64,000 nt of DNA, from assembly GCA_964501035.1 (NCBI GenBank), contig CAZCRK010000004.1, positions 1 through 64,000 on the forward strand. The letters run 5' to 3'. How positions within the stretch are numbered: position 1 is the first letter of the stretch; each line of letters begins with the position of its first letter. Both the position numbers and the translations under genes were made by a program. Shown in pieces: positions 39,806 to 50,065 of this stretch. The notes under the pieces were generated by a model, which had not been told where the DNA came from, searched no databases, and saw nothing but the letters and a program-made list of their open reading frames with translations.

Positions 39806-40843
39806 TTACGAAACAACCTTAAATCTTAACTTAAATTTCATGATATTTATTAAAGAAACTAAAGGTGTTCCTAAAATTTGATTATCTGGAACAAATCCCC
39901 AGTAACGCGAATCATAACTGGCATCTCTATTATCGCCCATGAAAAAATAGTAATCATGAGATAACTTATAAGATTTCAAATCTTTAACAAATCTTCCATT
40001 TATCTTTAAATTCTCGAATATTACATCGTTATCAGACTCTTTAAATGTAAACTCCCATGGGTTATAAATATTATTTTTCCGATTTTCTTTAACTAAATCC
40101 ATTACAAACTCTCTACGGTTTTGTTGCTCCTTAATTTTCATAGAGTTTCCCGAACTGAAATAATTTAATATTTTATACTTGAGAAATCCATGTGTCCGCC
40201 CCACTTCTTGAGGATCAATCACCGTAAACTCTTTATCTCCTAAAGTAACTGTATTACCATCTTGTACTAAAAGCGTAATAATTGATGTCCAATCTTGAAT
40301 CTTCGTAAAGTCAATTTTCATCCCTTTGAAAGGAACCACAAATTCTGAAATATTATCACGATTTCCATTAAATTGTGGATATAGATTTTCAATTCGTTGG
40401 GGTTTAAAAATATTACCCTTAATATATTTACCTTCTGAAGGAAATTGCATTTTGGTATTATTTATAAATATATCTGCTTGATTAATACGTATAGTATCAC
40501 CAGCGGTCCCAATACACCGTTTTACATATTTCTGAAATGGATCTCTAGGAAATTCAAAAATTGTCACATCACCAGATTCTACTTTTTTAAATTCAGGTAA
40601 TCTAAACCAAGGAATATCAAATCCAATTCTTGAATACGGTAACCCGACCCATGTTGGTGTTCGCATTCCATAAATAAATTTATTTCCGATAAGCATATCA
40701 CCCGTTAAAATAGTATCTTCCATTGAACCTGTTGGTACAACATATACCTCAATTAACGTAGCTTTAACAGTAAATGCTACCACTACCAAAATGAATAATA
40801 TTTTTAATTCTTTTAGAAATTTTCTTTGTTTAGCAGAAATCAA
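39806..40843 (-). CDS. lepB: Signal peptidase I
   Basis: VPTGSME; YVKRCIG; GDNRDASYDSRYWGFVP. Confidence 0.95.
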   Translation of the reverse strand: MISAKQRKFLKELKILFILVVVAFTVKATLIEVYVVPTGSMEDTILTGDMLIGNKFIYGMRTPTWVGLPYSRIGFDIPWFRLPEFKKVESGDVTIFEFPRDPFQKYVKRCIGTAGDTIRINQADIFINNTKMQFPSEGKYIKGNIFKPQRIENLYPQFNGNRDNISEFVVPFKGMKIDFTKIQDWTSIITLLVQDGNTVTLGDKEFTVIDPQEVGRTHGFLKYKILNYFSSGNSMKIKEQQNRREFVMDLVKENRKNNIYNPWEFTFKESDNDVIFENLKINGRFVKDLKSYKLSHDYYFFMGDNRDASYDSRYWGFVPDNQILGTPLVSLINIMKFKLRFKVVS

Positions 40844-40854
40844 TATATTACCTC

Positions 40855-42552
40855 TTAAAATCCTCTTGCAATTGCACCACGACGACTATCTCCACTACCA
40901 AATAACAAACCAGATTTACTATCTATTTGAATACAATTAGCTTCACCAATTGAAGATCTCAGTTTTATTTGGTGTCCCATTTCTGACAATACATTTAATG
41001 TTTCTTTTGAGTATCCAATAGGTTCAATTTGAATAACATCTGGTAACCACTGATGATGAAACCTAGGCTGTTCTACAGCTTCTTCTATATTCATGTTGAA
41101 ATCAATGACATTTGAAATTACTTGAGCTACAGTTGTTATTATTGTAGAGCCACCAGGTGAACCTACTACTAAAAACAGGTCACCATGTGAATCTTCAACA
41201 ATAGTAGGTGTCATAGAACTTAACATCCGTTTATTGGGTTCGATTGCATTAGCAGAATTTCCAACCAAGCCATATTTATTCGGTGAACCAGGTTTCGAAG
41301 AAAAATCGTCCATTTCATTATTTAACAAAAAACCTGCTCCATCTACAACAATTCCATTTCCAAACCAACCATTCACTGTAGTGGTAACACTTACAGCATT
41401 TCCCCATTTATCAACAACGGAATAATGGGTTGTTTCTTCTGATTCATTATCCATGAACTGTATATTACCATGACTTATTTCTAAACTATTTGAAGCTAAT
41501 GAAAAATCAATCGTTTCCCATCTATCATCTGCATATTTTTGAGAAACCATTTCCTCAATAGGCACAGGTACAAAATCGATATCACCTAAAAATTCAGCTC
41601 TATCTGCATACACTCTTCTTTCGATTTCAGAAAGTAAGTGAATATGTTCTGAGCTGTGAAATGATATTTGAGAAAAATCTACATTTTCTAATTGATTTAG
41701 AATTCCAGCTATAGCTACTCCGCCAGATGAAGCTGGTGGCATAGAATATACTGTAAATCCACGATAGTCAAATTCTATAGGATTTCGTTCAATAGCTGAA
41801 TAGTTAGCTAAATCTTGCATTGAAATCAAACCATTTGTTCTTTCCATACATTCTATAATTAAACCTGCAGTTTTACCTTTATAAAATTCATCTGCACCTT
41901 GGTATGCAATTCGACGCAATGTACTAGCAAGATTTCGTTGTATAAAATTTTCACCTATTTTAAATGGTTCTTCTTTAGTGAATATTTTTTTGGTTTCAAA
42001 GTCGTTTGACAAAAATTGTTTATAATAGGGTGAGTTCAAATAACTAACATTTAACAATTCTAGTTTAAAACCATGTTGAGCTAATTTTGCAGAAGGCATT
42101 ACTAATTGACTCCATGAAACTTTGCCGTATTTTTGGTGGGCCATTCCAAATCCAGCAACTGATCCGGGGACACCTGATGCCCATGACGTATTCCAACTTT
42201 TATTAGGTATTAAATTTAAACTATCATCTAAAAACATATCACGTGTTGCTAAAACAGGTGCAGTTTCACGAAAGTCAATAGTGGTTACAGAACCGTCCGT
42301 TAAACGAATAACCATAAACCCACCTCCACCTATATTACCAGCTCCTGGATGTACAACAGCAAGTGCAAAACCAACCGCTATAGCTGCATCTACAGCATTG
42401 CCACCTTTTTTAAGTACATCAATACCCACATCTGTTGCATATTGATTTGATGAAACTACCATGCCATCTTTTCCAATTGCATCAGGAATACGAGCAAATG
42501 GAATTTGGATGATTAGTACTATTAAAACAATATATTTATATACTTTTCCCAC
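40855..42552 (-). CDS. ggt: Gamma-glutamyltransferase
   Basis: GGNAVDAA; IDFRETAP; ETTHYSVVD; LSSMTPT; GSPGG. Confidence 0.96.
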   Translation of the reverse strand: MGKVYKYIVLIVLIIQIPFARIPDAIGKDGMVVSSNQYATDVGIDVLKKGGNAVDAAIAVGFALAVVHPGAGNIGGGGFMVIRLTDGSVTTIDFRETAPVLATRDMFLDDSLNLIPNKSWNTSWASGVPGSVAGFGMAHQKYGKVSWSQLVMPSAKLAQHGFKLELLNVSYLNSPYYKQFLSNDFETKKIFTKEEPFKIGENFIQRNLASTLRRIAYQGADEFYKGKTAGLIIECMERTNGLISMQDLANYSAIERNPIEFDYRGFTVYSMPPASSGGVAIAGILNQLENVDFSQISFHSSEHIHLLSEIERRVYADRAEFLGDIDFVPVPIEEMVSQKYADDRWETIDFSLASNSLEISHGNIQFMDNESEETTHYSVVDKWGNAVSVTTTVNGWFGNGIVVDGAGFLLNNEMDDFSSKPGSPNKYGLVGNSANAIEPNKRMLSSMTPTIVEDSHGDLFLVVGSPGGSTIITTVAQVISNVIDFNMNIEEAVEQPRFHHQWLPDVIQIEPIGYSKETLNVLSEMGHQIKLRSSIGEANCIQIDSKSGLLFGSGDSRRGAIARGF

Positions 42553-42622
42553 AATATTCCTTTAAATACATGGCTGTTATACTACAGTTTTTAAACTACG
42601 CAAACCAATTAAGAATAATATT

Positions 42623-43600
42623 TTAATATCCAGATAATCCGCCTTTTATAATTTCAATTTTAGGTTTTCCATCACCTATAACTACTTCAGCAATATCAAA
42701 TCTAATTTCGCAATCTATATCGTTCTCTTCTAAATATACTTGAGCAGTTTGCATGATTTTGTCACGTTTTATTTCGTCAATTTTATCCTTGGGATTATTT
42801 GCCCATTTTGATGAAGCCAATTGAGTTTTTACTTCGGTAAATACAATACAATTTTCTTCAGAATGTATAATATCTATCTCACCCACTTTTGGAATTAAGT
42901 AATTCATTTCCAATACTTGATATCCATAATTGATAAGCTGTACAGCAACTAACTGTTCACCTAACTCCCCTAATCGATTAGAATCGTTATAATGTTTTAC
43001 TCGTGGCAAAAAAGTAAATACTGGTTTAAAAGATTGGCGATGTATTGGTGTTGCATACAATTCTTGAATAGCTTGTAAATGTTGTTTTGTTCCATACCCC
43101 TTATGTTTTGCAAAACCATATTTTGGGAATACAATATCATACATCTTCATTAATCTATCTCTAGTAACTTTTGCAATGATGGATGCAGATGCTATTGACA
43201 GTGATAAAGAGTCACCTTTAATAATATTTTCTTGTGTAAATTGAGCTAGTTTTAAATGAGGACCATCAATAAGTAAGATTTCTGGTTTTATGTTTAAACT
43301 ACCAACTGCTTTTTTCATTGCAAGCTCAGTAGCTTTTAAAATATTTAGTGAATCAATATCATTTGCATGCACAATACCTACACCTACGGTCAGGGCATTT
43401 TGAAATATTTTTACGTATAACTTCTCACGTTTTCTTTCACTGAGTTTTTTAGAATCCTGTACTTCAGGTAAGTTTATATTGTTTGGTAAAATTACAGCTG
43501 AAGCAACTACTGGTCCTGCTAGTGGACCACGACCAGCTTCATCGATTCCTGCAATATGTTCTATTCCATTATTCCAGTGCTTCTTTTCAAAAGCTAACAT
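42623..43600 (-). CDS. rnhB: Ribonuclease HII fused to a C-terminal YraN (UPF0102)-like domain
   Basis: GIDEAGRGPLAGPV; DSKKL; AKVTRD; HKGYGT; then GELGE..NY..GEIDII..FTEVKT..RFD. Confidence 0.93.
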   Translation of the reverse strand: MLAFEKKHWNNGIEHIAGIDEAGRGPLAGPVVASAVILPNNINLPEVQDSKKLSERKREKLYVKIFQNALTVGVGIVHANDIDSLNILKATELAMKKAVGSLNIKPEILLIDGPHLKLAQFTQENIIKGDSLSLSIASASIIAKVTRDRLMKMYDIVFPKYGFAKHKGYGTKQHLQAIQELYATPIHRQSFKPVFTFLPRVKHYNDSNRLGELGEQLVAVQLINYGYQVLEMNYLIPKVGEIDIIHSEENCIVFTEVKTQLASSKWANNPKDKIDEIKRDKIMQTAQVYLEENDIDCEIRFDIAEVVIGDGKPKIEIIKGGLSGY

Positions 43601-43608
43601 GGGTTTAA

Positions 43609-44100
43609 TTAATCAATAATATCATTAAGACGATGACTTGTTCTTTTGTTAAAGGATAACTCATACATGGATTTTTCTTCATCTAAAATTTTTATACGTA
43701 ATTGATCATCCGGCATTAATGGACCATTAACTGAAAACCATTGACGTAAACCTTGAGTAAAATAACCATTTGAATTTAAATGAGATTGAATATTGCCAAC
43801 ATTAGTTACAAGAATGAAACTGTTATCATTTATTGGGAAGAAAAACCTATATTTTTCAGGTACGTAAATTCTATTATACATATTCATCGTATGAATATCT
43901 TCAGAAATATTAAACACAACTTCTTTTAAATCTTCTGGATGTACTCCCCAGAATTCTTCTTGTTGATTTATTTGTCTATGAACTATAGTAATCTCAATAT
44001 CATCACCATCTTTTAGTTGATGGTTTTTAACAATTAAATCAGGAATTTTAGCGTATATATGGTTTTTAATATTGGTTAAATGTACGCGAATTTTTTTCAT
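43609..44100 (-). CDS. Hypothetical protein, putative two-domain DNA-binding protein (AbrB-like plus pseudobarrel-like)
   Basis: IPDLIVKNHQLKDGDDIEI; IYVPEKYRFFFP...GLRQWF...LMPDDQLRI. Confidence 0.6.
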   Translation of the reverse strand: MKKIRVHLTNIKNHIYAKIPDLIVKNHQLKDGDDIEITIVHRQINQQEEFWGVHPEDLKEVVFNISEDIHTMNMYNRIYVPEKYRFFFPINDNSFILVTNVGNIQSHLNSNGYFTQGLRQWFSVNGPLMPDDQLRIKILDEEKSMYELSFNKRTSHRLNDIID

Positions 44101-44263
44101 CTTATTGACTAATTTTATATAGAATATAAATTTGAAGACATAATATTATAAATGCCATCAGTGTCCTTAGCATTTCCATTGTATGATTATGTCTATCCAA
44201 AAATTGTTCTAATTTATTTTGTCTATTACCAGTCAATTAATAATCCTTCATAGTTATAATTTA

Positions 44264-46888
44264 TTAAAATAATGTTAGATTATCAGAATTATTATTTTTG
44301 GTTTCATCTTTTTCAACAGGAAGATTATGTTTCGTATTTTCTTCTTTATTAACATCCGATAATGAATTATCTATTTCAATATCTGCTCCCTGTTCGCATT
44401 TAAACCCACTCATTCGTAGGTAGTTTCCTAATTTGTTACCAATTGACTTCCAACCCTTTATATCAACAATATCCAAAAGAGCAATCATTTTGTTTTTTTT
44501 ATCACCAGATTTTGTTCTGTAGTTAAAAGAAATAATTGGATTAGAAAATGACGTAGCTAAAATAATTTTAGATCCCCGCTCTTCTGTAATAAAATTGAAT
44601 TTTTTTCCGATTGTAGTAGTTTCAATTTTAAATCGTTTAACATAATAGATTCGTTGTTTTCCATCATAATGTACTGCAGAAATATTTGAAATAGGATTAA
44701 ATTTCTCAATTAGTAGTATTTCTGCAGACTTATACCTGTTTGAAAAATCAAATGTTGTCAATTCATACGATCCATCTGTATAAATTACTAAAATTTTATC
44801 ATCAGTGTTAAAACTACCTAAAAATTCTCCTCTTTCCTCAGAATTTAATCGTCCAATCGTCGTATCAAGCCAAATATCACGTCCACCTAAAGTTGAATCA
44901 CCAATTGATTTTTGAACTATTTTTCGAACCGTGTATTTCGATAAAATGTTTCCCTTTGCACCACGACCTTTAATTGCAAGATCCGCAAAATCGTAATCAA
45001 ACACTTTTATTCGGGCTTTAGCTCTTGAATGTAAATGAATTGTAACGGTTTCAGATTCACTATTTGGATTTGCTGTAAAATAAAAAACTTTGGATTTTTC
45101 AGTACCAAGCGTGACATCATATTCTCTGTCTTTTACGATTGATGTCACAGAAAATCTTTTCACATATGTGACTCCAGTTTTACCATCTTTATATGCAAGA
45201 TTATATACTAAATGTTCATCATTTTTCTTCCATACAGCTACATGAATTACATCTTTACCAACAAATTTTTTGCTATCGACAGAAGTTACCATATATTTTC
45301 CATCACGACGAAAAACAATCACATTATCAATATCAGAACAATTTCCAACCAATTCGTCTTTCTTTAAAGCAGTACCAATAAATCCATCTTTACGATTTAC
45401 GAACAATTTTTGATTGGCAACTGCAACACGTCTTGCAGCAATTACATCAAAGGTGGAGATTTCAGTTTTTCGCTCTCTACCTTTACCATATTGCTTTAAT
45501 AGAGATTCAAAGTATCGAATACTATATTCAGTCAAATGTGTAAGGTTATTTATAACTTCTTCTAAATCAGCTTCATATTTTTGGATTTGTTCATCTGCTT
45601 TCAGAGTATCATATTTTGAAATACGCTTTATCTTAATTTCTGTTAGTTTTACAATATCTTCTTCAGTTACTTCTCTTTTTAATGTGGGTTTGAATGCGTC
45701 TAACCCTATATCAATTGTTTTTATCACTGATTCCCATGTTTCACACTCTTCAATATCTCTATAAATTCTATTTTCAATAAAAATTTTCTCAAGCGAAGAT
45801 AAATGCCATTTTTCCTCAAGTTTAGATTTTAGTAATTCTAGTTCTTTTCTTAAAATGTTTACAGTATTTTCTGTTGAATATTTTAATAGTTGATTTACTG
45901 AAATAAATTGTGGTTTTTCATCAATTATTACACAACAATTAGGCGATATTGAGATTTCGCATTGTGTAAAAGCATATAAAGCATCTAAAGTTACTTCAGG
46001 AGATACACCCTGAGTTAAATGAACTATAATTTCCACATTTTGAGACGTATTATCTTCGACTTTACGTATTTTTATTTTACCATTATCATTGGCTTTTATT
46101 ATGGAATCAATCAAACTGGTTGTTGTAACACCATAAGGAACATTTTTAATTGCTAATGTTTTTTTATCTTCAATAGTAATGGTTGATCTAACACGAATCC
46201 TACTACCTTTTTTTCCTTGATTATAGTTTGTAAAATCAGCTACGCCCCCGTTTGGGAAATCAGGTAATATTTTAAATGGTTTATCTTGTAATATTTGGAT
46301 TGATGCTTTTATGAGTTCAACAAAATTATGGGGCATTATTTTTGTCGATAGTCCAACTGCAATACCTTCTACCCCTTGAACCAATAACAGTGGAAATTTA
46401 ATTGGTAAAAACACGGGTTCATTATTCCTACCATCATATGATAACTGCCAAGTTGTGATATCTTTATTAAACGAAACATCCAGTGCAAATTTGGATAAAC
46501 GTGCTTCAATATATCGTGGAGCGGCTGATTTATCACCTGTCCTGTTATCGCCCCAATTTCCTTGTGTTTCTATAAGTAAGTTTTTTTGTCCAATATGTAC
46601 AAGTGCATCACCAATTGCTGCATCACCATGAGGATGATATTGCATAGTTTGTCCAATAATATTTGCAACTTTGTGAAATCGACCATCATCCATTAATTTC
46701 ATAGCATGCAAAATTCTACGTTGAACAGGTTTTAAACCATCAATTCCTCTAGGAATAGCACGTTCTAAAATAACATATGAAGCATAATCAAGAAACCAAT
46801 CCTTTACCATGCCTGTTAATACATGTTTGCCTTGAGTTGATGCTAATTGTGTTTTTGTAGACTTAGTTATATCTTTTTTTTTCGACAT
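44264..46888 (-). CDS. parC: DNA topoisomerase IV subunit A (Bacteroidota-type)
   Basis: DGLKPVQRRIL; YHPHGD; AAPRYIEARL catalytic Tyr. Confidence 0.9.
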   Translation of the reverse strand: MSKKKDITKSTKTQLASTQGKHVLTGMVKDWFLDYASYVILERAIPRGIDGLKPVQRRILHAMKLMDDGRFHKVANIIGQTMQYHPHGDAAIGDALVHIGQKNLLIETQGNWGDNRTGDKSAAPRYIEARLSKFALDVSFNKDITTWQLSYDGRNNEPVFLPIKFPLLLVQGVEGIAVGLSTKIMPHNFVELIKASIQILQDKPFKILPDFPNGGVADFTNYNQGKKGSRIRVRSTITIEDKKTLAIKNVPYGVTTTSLIDSIIKANDNGKIKIRKVEDNTSQNVEIIVHLTQGVSPEVTLDALYAFTQCEISISPNCCVIIDEKPQFISVNQLLKYSTENTVNILRKELELLKSKLEEKWHLSSLEKIFIENRIYRDIEECETWESVIKTIDIGLDAFKPTLKREVTEEDIVKLTEIKIKRISKYDTLKADEQIQKYEADLEEVINNLTHLTEYSIRYFESLLKQYGKGRERKTEISTFDVIAARRVAVANQKLFVNRKDGFIGTALKKDELVGNCSDIDNVIVFRRDGKYMVTSVDSKKFVGKDVIHVAVWKKNDEHLVYNLAYKDGKTGVTYVKRFSVTSIVKDREYDVTLGTEKSKVFYFTANPNSESETVTIHLHSRAKARIKVFDYDFADLAIKGRGAKGNILSKYTVRKIVQKSIGDSTLGGRDIWLDTTIGRLNSEERGEFLGSFNTDDKILVIYTDGSYELTTFDFSNRYKSAEILLIEKFNPISNISAVHYDGKQRIYYVKRFKIETTTIGKKFNFITEERGSKIILATSFSNPIISFNYRTKSGDKKNKMIALLDIVDIKGWKSIGNKLGNYLRMSGFKCEQGADIEIDNSLSDVNKEENTKHNLPVEKDETKNNNSDNLTLF

Positions 46889-48741
46889 TAACTTTCTGCA
46901 AGCTCCTCTTCAAGACGTAAATTTTCAATTATAAATTCTTGACGTTCCTGTGTGTTTTTGCCCATGTAATATGTAAGTACATTTTTGATTGATGTATCAT
47001 CTCGTAAAATAATAGGATCTAATTGAATATCTTTACCAATAAACTCTCCAAACTCTTCTGGTGAGATTTCACCTAATCCTTTAAAACGAGTAATTTCACA
47101 AGTTTTACCTAAATGACTTATGGCGTTCATTTTTTCTACTTCATCATATGCATATACTGTTTCTTTTTTATTACGAACTCGAAAAAGTGGTGTTTCTAAT
47201 ACATAAACATGGCCATTTCTGACTAAGTCTGGAAAAAACTGCAAGAAGAATGTCAAAATAAGTAAACGAATGTGCATACCATCAACATCAGCATCTGTTG
47301 CAATTACAACTTGATTGTATCTCAAGCCATCTAAACCATCTTCGATATTAAGGGCATGTTGGAGCAAATTAAATTCTTCATTTTCATATACAATTTTCTT
47401 CTTAAGACCAAATGAATTCAGAGGTTTTCCACGAAGACTAAAAACAGCTTGTGTATCTACATTTCTTGATTTAGTAATAGAACCACTAGCAGAATCTCCT
47501 TCAGTAATAAACAAAGTAGTTTCAAGTCTTTTTTCTTCATTTTGTTTTGAATCATTTAAATGAATTTTGCAATCACGTAACTTTTTATTATGTAGATTTG
47601 CCTTTTTTGCACGTTTATTAGCAAGTTTTTTAATTCCTGCCATATCCTTACGTTCTTTTTCAGATTGTAATATTCTACTTAATAGTATTTCAGCAGTTTC
47701 ATTATGTTTATGAAGAAAATCGTCAAGATGTTTTTTAATAAAATCGTTAATAAAAATCCGAACAGTTGGACCATCGGGTCCCATATCCAACGAACCTAGT
47801 TTAGTTTTAGTTTGGGATTCAAATATTGGATTTTGTATCCGAACTGCAATGGATGCAATTATGGATGCACGAATATCAACAGCATCAAAATCTTTTCCAT
47901 AGAATTCTCTAATCGTCTTTACAATTGCTTCACGAAATGCAGTTAAATGAGTTCCACCTTGTGTTGTATATTGACCATTAACAAATGAATAATATTCTTC
48001 ACCATATTGATTTCCATGTGTTAAAGCAAGTTCAATATCATTCCCTTTTAAGTGAATGATTGGATATCTAGCTTTTTCTGTATTGGTTTTACGTTCAAGT
48101 AAATCTTTTAATCCATTTTCTGAAAAATATTTTTCACCATTTAGCTGTATTGTGAGACCTGAATTCAAATACACATAATTCCATATTTGATTTACAAAAT
48201 ATTCAGGTATAAAATTATATCTTCGAAATATAGAATCATCTGGTTGAAATGTAACTTTGGTTCCATTTCTTAAACGTGTGCTTTCAATTTTGCTTTCATG
48301 AGTTAAAATACCCTGTTTGTACTCAGCAAGTTTTGTTTCACCATCTCGAATCGATTGTACTTTGAAATAATCAGATAAAGCATTCACTGCTTTAGTACCT
48401 ACCCCATTTAAACCGACTGATTTTTGAAATGCTGAAGAATCGTATTTTCCACCAGTATTTATTTTTGAAACACAATCTAATACTTTACCAATTGGTATTC
48501 CTCTACCATAATCACGGACTGAAGCTTTATCATCTCCCACTTTCACTTCAATAGTTTTTCCAAATCCCATTACGAATTCATCAATACTATTGTCAATTAT
48601 CTCTTTTAAAAGAACATAAATACCATCGTCTGGAGATGAACCGTCCCCCAATTTACCAATATACATGCCAGGGCGTAGTCGAATATGCTCTTTCCAATCG
48701 AGAGATTTAATACTGCTTTCATCATATTTAGGTGTAACCAT
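46888..48741 (-). CDS. parE: DNA topoisomerase IV subunit B
   Basis: [39 protein letters not shown]. Confidence 0.92.
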   Translation of the reverse strand: MVTPKYDESSIKSLDWKEHIRLRPGMYIGKLGDGSSPDDGIYVLLKEIIDNSIDEFVMGFGKTIEVKVGDDKASVRDYGRGIPIGKVLDCVSKINTGGKYDSSAFQKSVGLNGVGTKAVNALSDYFKVQSIRDGETKLAEYKQGILTHESKIESTRLRNGTKVTFQPDDSIFRRYNFIPEYFVNQIWNYVYLNSGLTIQLNGEKYFSENGLKDLLERKTNTEKARYPIIHLKGNDIELALTHGNQYGEEYYSFVNGQYTTQGGTHLTAFREAIVKTIREFYGKDFDAVDIRASIIASIAVRIQNPIFESQTKTKLGSLDMGPDGPTVRIFINDFIKKHLDDFLHKHNETAEILLSRILQSEKERKDMAGIKKLANKRAKKANLHNKKLRDCKIHLNDSKQNEEKRLETTLFITEGDSASGSITKSRNVDTQAVFSLRGKPLNSFGLKKKIVYENEEFNLLQHALNIEDGLDGLRYNQVVIATDADVDGMHIRLLILTFFLQFFPDLVRNGHVYVLETPLFRVRNKKETVYAYDEVEKMNAISHLGKTCEITRFKGLGEISPEEFGEFIGKDIQLDPIILRDDTSIKNVLTYYMGKNTQERQEFIIENLRLEEELAES

Positions 48742-48848
48742 TACACTCCGTTTTGAATATTTCTATTTGGTAAAAGTGATAAATAAAATAAAGAGCAAAG
48801 TTATGTAATATTCATAATTTTACTCAAGTGAGAAAATTTTTAAATGTA

Positions 48849-50063
48849 TTAAAATTGATCCCAAAATTCTTTAAGCTTAAGAATTCCCTCATTAATATTT
48901 GATTCTGAAATACCAGAATAAGCAAATCTTATAAATTCTTTATTCTCATTTTCTAGAGGGGTTCCAAAATGCTCACGCGTACAAAAAGAAACACCACTTC
49001 CTTCGAGCGTTTTAGTTCTAAACTCTTCATAGGTTTCGCAGCCCATTTTGTGAAATATTTCTGTTATTTCAGGATACAGGTAAAATGTAGTATTAGGTTT
49101 CACTATATGTACACCATCTATCGAATTTAATAGGTTAAACAATGTATCTCTTCTGTTTTTTAAAATTTCTAATATATTCAACACATTTGTTTGATCACCT
49201 TGAATAGCCTCAATGCCTGCATATTGAATAAAATGATTTGTACAAGATTCATCATTTACACTTAGCTTTCCGATAATGTCTATAATTGGTTTAGGTCCAA
49301 TTGCTGCACCTAATCTCCACCCAGTCATTGCATATGTTTTTGAAAATGTATGTAAAATGACAGTCCGTTCTTGCATACCAGGAATTGTAACAATACTTTC
49401 ACTTTTTCCTGAGTAACGAATATTAAAATAGGCTTCATCTGAAAGCACCCATAGATCGTGTTTAATAGCTAAATCAGCAACCCAATGCATTTCTTCTTCA
49501 TTTGATTCAGCTCCGATTGGATTTTGAAAATTATTATAAATAAATATTTTTGTAGTATCATCAATTTGACTTTCTACTAATTCTCTATCAATTGAAAAAC
49601 CATCATCAGTTTGAATATAACCGTACGGTATAGGCTTACCACCATGATAGTTAATTTGTGACTCATAAATAGGATACCCAGGGTTTGGGTATAATACTCC
49701 ATCACCAGGATTCATTACTGCCTGAATAAATTTACCAATAACTGGTTTACCACCCGGTTGAATACAAGCATTATCAGAGTTATAATGCACTGCTCGTCCA
49801 AGTCCTATTTCTTCAGCCAAAACAGCTCTTAAAGCAGGTATCCCAAAGGATGGATTATATCCAGTATATCCATCATGCATTGCCTTGTTGGCAGCCTCAA
49901 TTATATTAGGTGGTGTGTTTATATCCATATCCCCTAAATGAAATGGATACACTTTTTTGCCACTACGGTTTGCAAAGGCAGTTGCGTCTGCCGAAACTGC
50001 AAAAGCGGTTTCAGTACCTAACTTTTCTAATTTACTTGCATATTTTCTCATTAATATTTCCAT
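48849..50063 (-). CDS. PLP-dependent aminotransferase class I/II
   Basis: NP; SDEAY; FSKTYAMTGWRLG. Confidence 0.93.
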   Translation of the reverse strand: MEILMRKYASKLEKLGTETAFAVSADATAFANRSGKKVYPFHLGDMDINTPPNIIEAANKAMHDGYTGYNPSFGIPALRAVLAEEIGLGRAVHYNSDNACIQPGGKPVIGKFIQAVMNPGDGVLYPNPGYPIYESQINYHGGKPIPYGYIQTDDGFSIDRELVESQIDDTTKIFIYNNFQNPIGAESNEEEMHWVADLAIKHDLWVLSDEAYFNIRYSGKSESIVTIPGMQERTVILHTFSKTYAMTGWRLGAAIGPKPIIDIIGKLSVNDESCTNHFIQYAGIEAIQGDQTNVLNILEILKNRRDTLFNLLNSIDGVHIVKPNTTFYLYPEITEIFHKMGCETYEEFRTKTLEGSGVSFCTREHFGTPLENENKEFIRFAYSGISESNINEGILKLKEFWDQF

Positions 50064-50065
50064 TT

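Noticed and set aside
44264..48741. gyrA/gyrB assignment for the type II topoisomerase genes
   Set aside because: No GyrA-box was seen, and the sequence style fits the divergent Bacteroidota-type topoisomerase IV.
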